Source: Acutalibacteraceae bacterium (GTDB lineage: Bacteria > Bacillota > Clostridia > Oscillospirales > Acutalibacteraceae). Taken from it: a stretch of DNA of 64,000 nucleotides. The stretch lies in the NCBI GenBank assembly GCA_045537915.1, contig JAZSQK010000010.1, positions 5,717-69,716 of the forward strand, written 5' to 3'. Under the pieces are notes generated by a model that was given only the letters and a program-made list of their open reading frames with translations, searched no databases and was not told the DNA's origin. Shown here piece after piece: positions 63,870-64,000 of this stretch (its first letter is position 1; each line of letters opens with the position of its first letter). Made by a program: the position numbers and the translations under genes.

Positions 63870-64000
63870 ATGAAAACAAAAAAACAAAATCTCTTTAGGC
63901 TGACTCTGGTCAGTCTGTTCATTGCCTTAATGATGGTAATGAACTTCACACCTATCGGTTATATTACTACGGGTCTCTTTTCAATTACCCTTATGACCAT
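63870..64000 (+). CDS. Membrane protein, N-terminal fragment; possibly an ECF-transporter S component. Runs off the window.
   Basis: GGAGG 8 nt upstream. MKTKKQNLFRLTLVSLFIALMMVMNFTPIGYITTGLFSITLMT resembles ECF S-component N-termini. Adjacency to coaX suggests pantothenate, but this is speculative. Confidence 0.45.
   Translation, partial: MKTKKQNLFRLTLVSLFIALMMVMNFTPIGYITTGLFSITLMT

Noticed and set aside
63722-63949. ORF-track ORF (-, 75 aa) containing GKGERGKGKRERGK
   Set aside because: That peptide is simply the translation of homopurine tract D. The ORF also runs antisense over the SD and start of the + strand membrane-protein gene.

Overview
This 64 kb chromosomal window comes from a low/medium-GC Firmicute. 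Gene content suggests a Clostridia, Oscillospiraceae/Ruminococcus-like anaerobe, but the taxon is only an inference. Most genes are on the minus strand and most are core functions. These include two ribosomal-protein blocks (rpmG-secE-nusG-rplKAJL, rplM-rpsI), rpsF-ssb-rpsR, cell-wall genes (murA, murF, ddl, uppP), glnS/gltX, glgCDA, argH, luxS, ddh, sufC/sufBD and nrdR.

The most interesting part is an uninterrupted minus-strand gene array from 18038 down to 2493.
- It starts with a putative H2-sensing module: a 2Fe-2S protein, a HydS-type [FeFe]-hydrogenase with a PAS domain, and a PP2C phosphatase.
- With only a 35 nt gap and no terminator hairpin that I can see, it continues into mdh, fumC, hdrB, hdrC, hdrA, mvhD/flxD, flxC, flxB, flxA, an SdhB/FrdB-like Fe-S protein, a FrdA/TfrA-like flavoprotein and an AAE-family transporter.
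- I read this as a complete soluble oxaloacetate-to-succinate branch wired to an Hdr-Flx module. That makes it a candidate NADH-dependent, possibly electron-bifurcating, fumarate reductase. To my knowledge no such complex has been characterised biochemically.

Other non-core signals:
- a truncated IS200 remnant beside tRNA-Leu;
- a promoter-to-terminator RNA element of about 260 nt with a thrice-repeated module (47.3-47.55 kb);
- an AT-rich 2.3 kb islet bounded by two identical 26-nt palindromic hairpins and carrying a phased TACTTCATA 9-mer array (50.8-53.1 kb);
- a family of homopurine/homopyrimidine (GGGAAA[A])n tracts at four sites (60.85-63.84 kb), two of which bracket an XRE-plus-small-protein cassette in inverted orientation;
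- a Trp T-box in front of a stand-alone trpB.

All protein calls come from reading motifs by eye. No database search was run.
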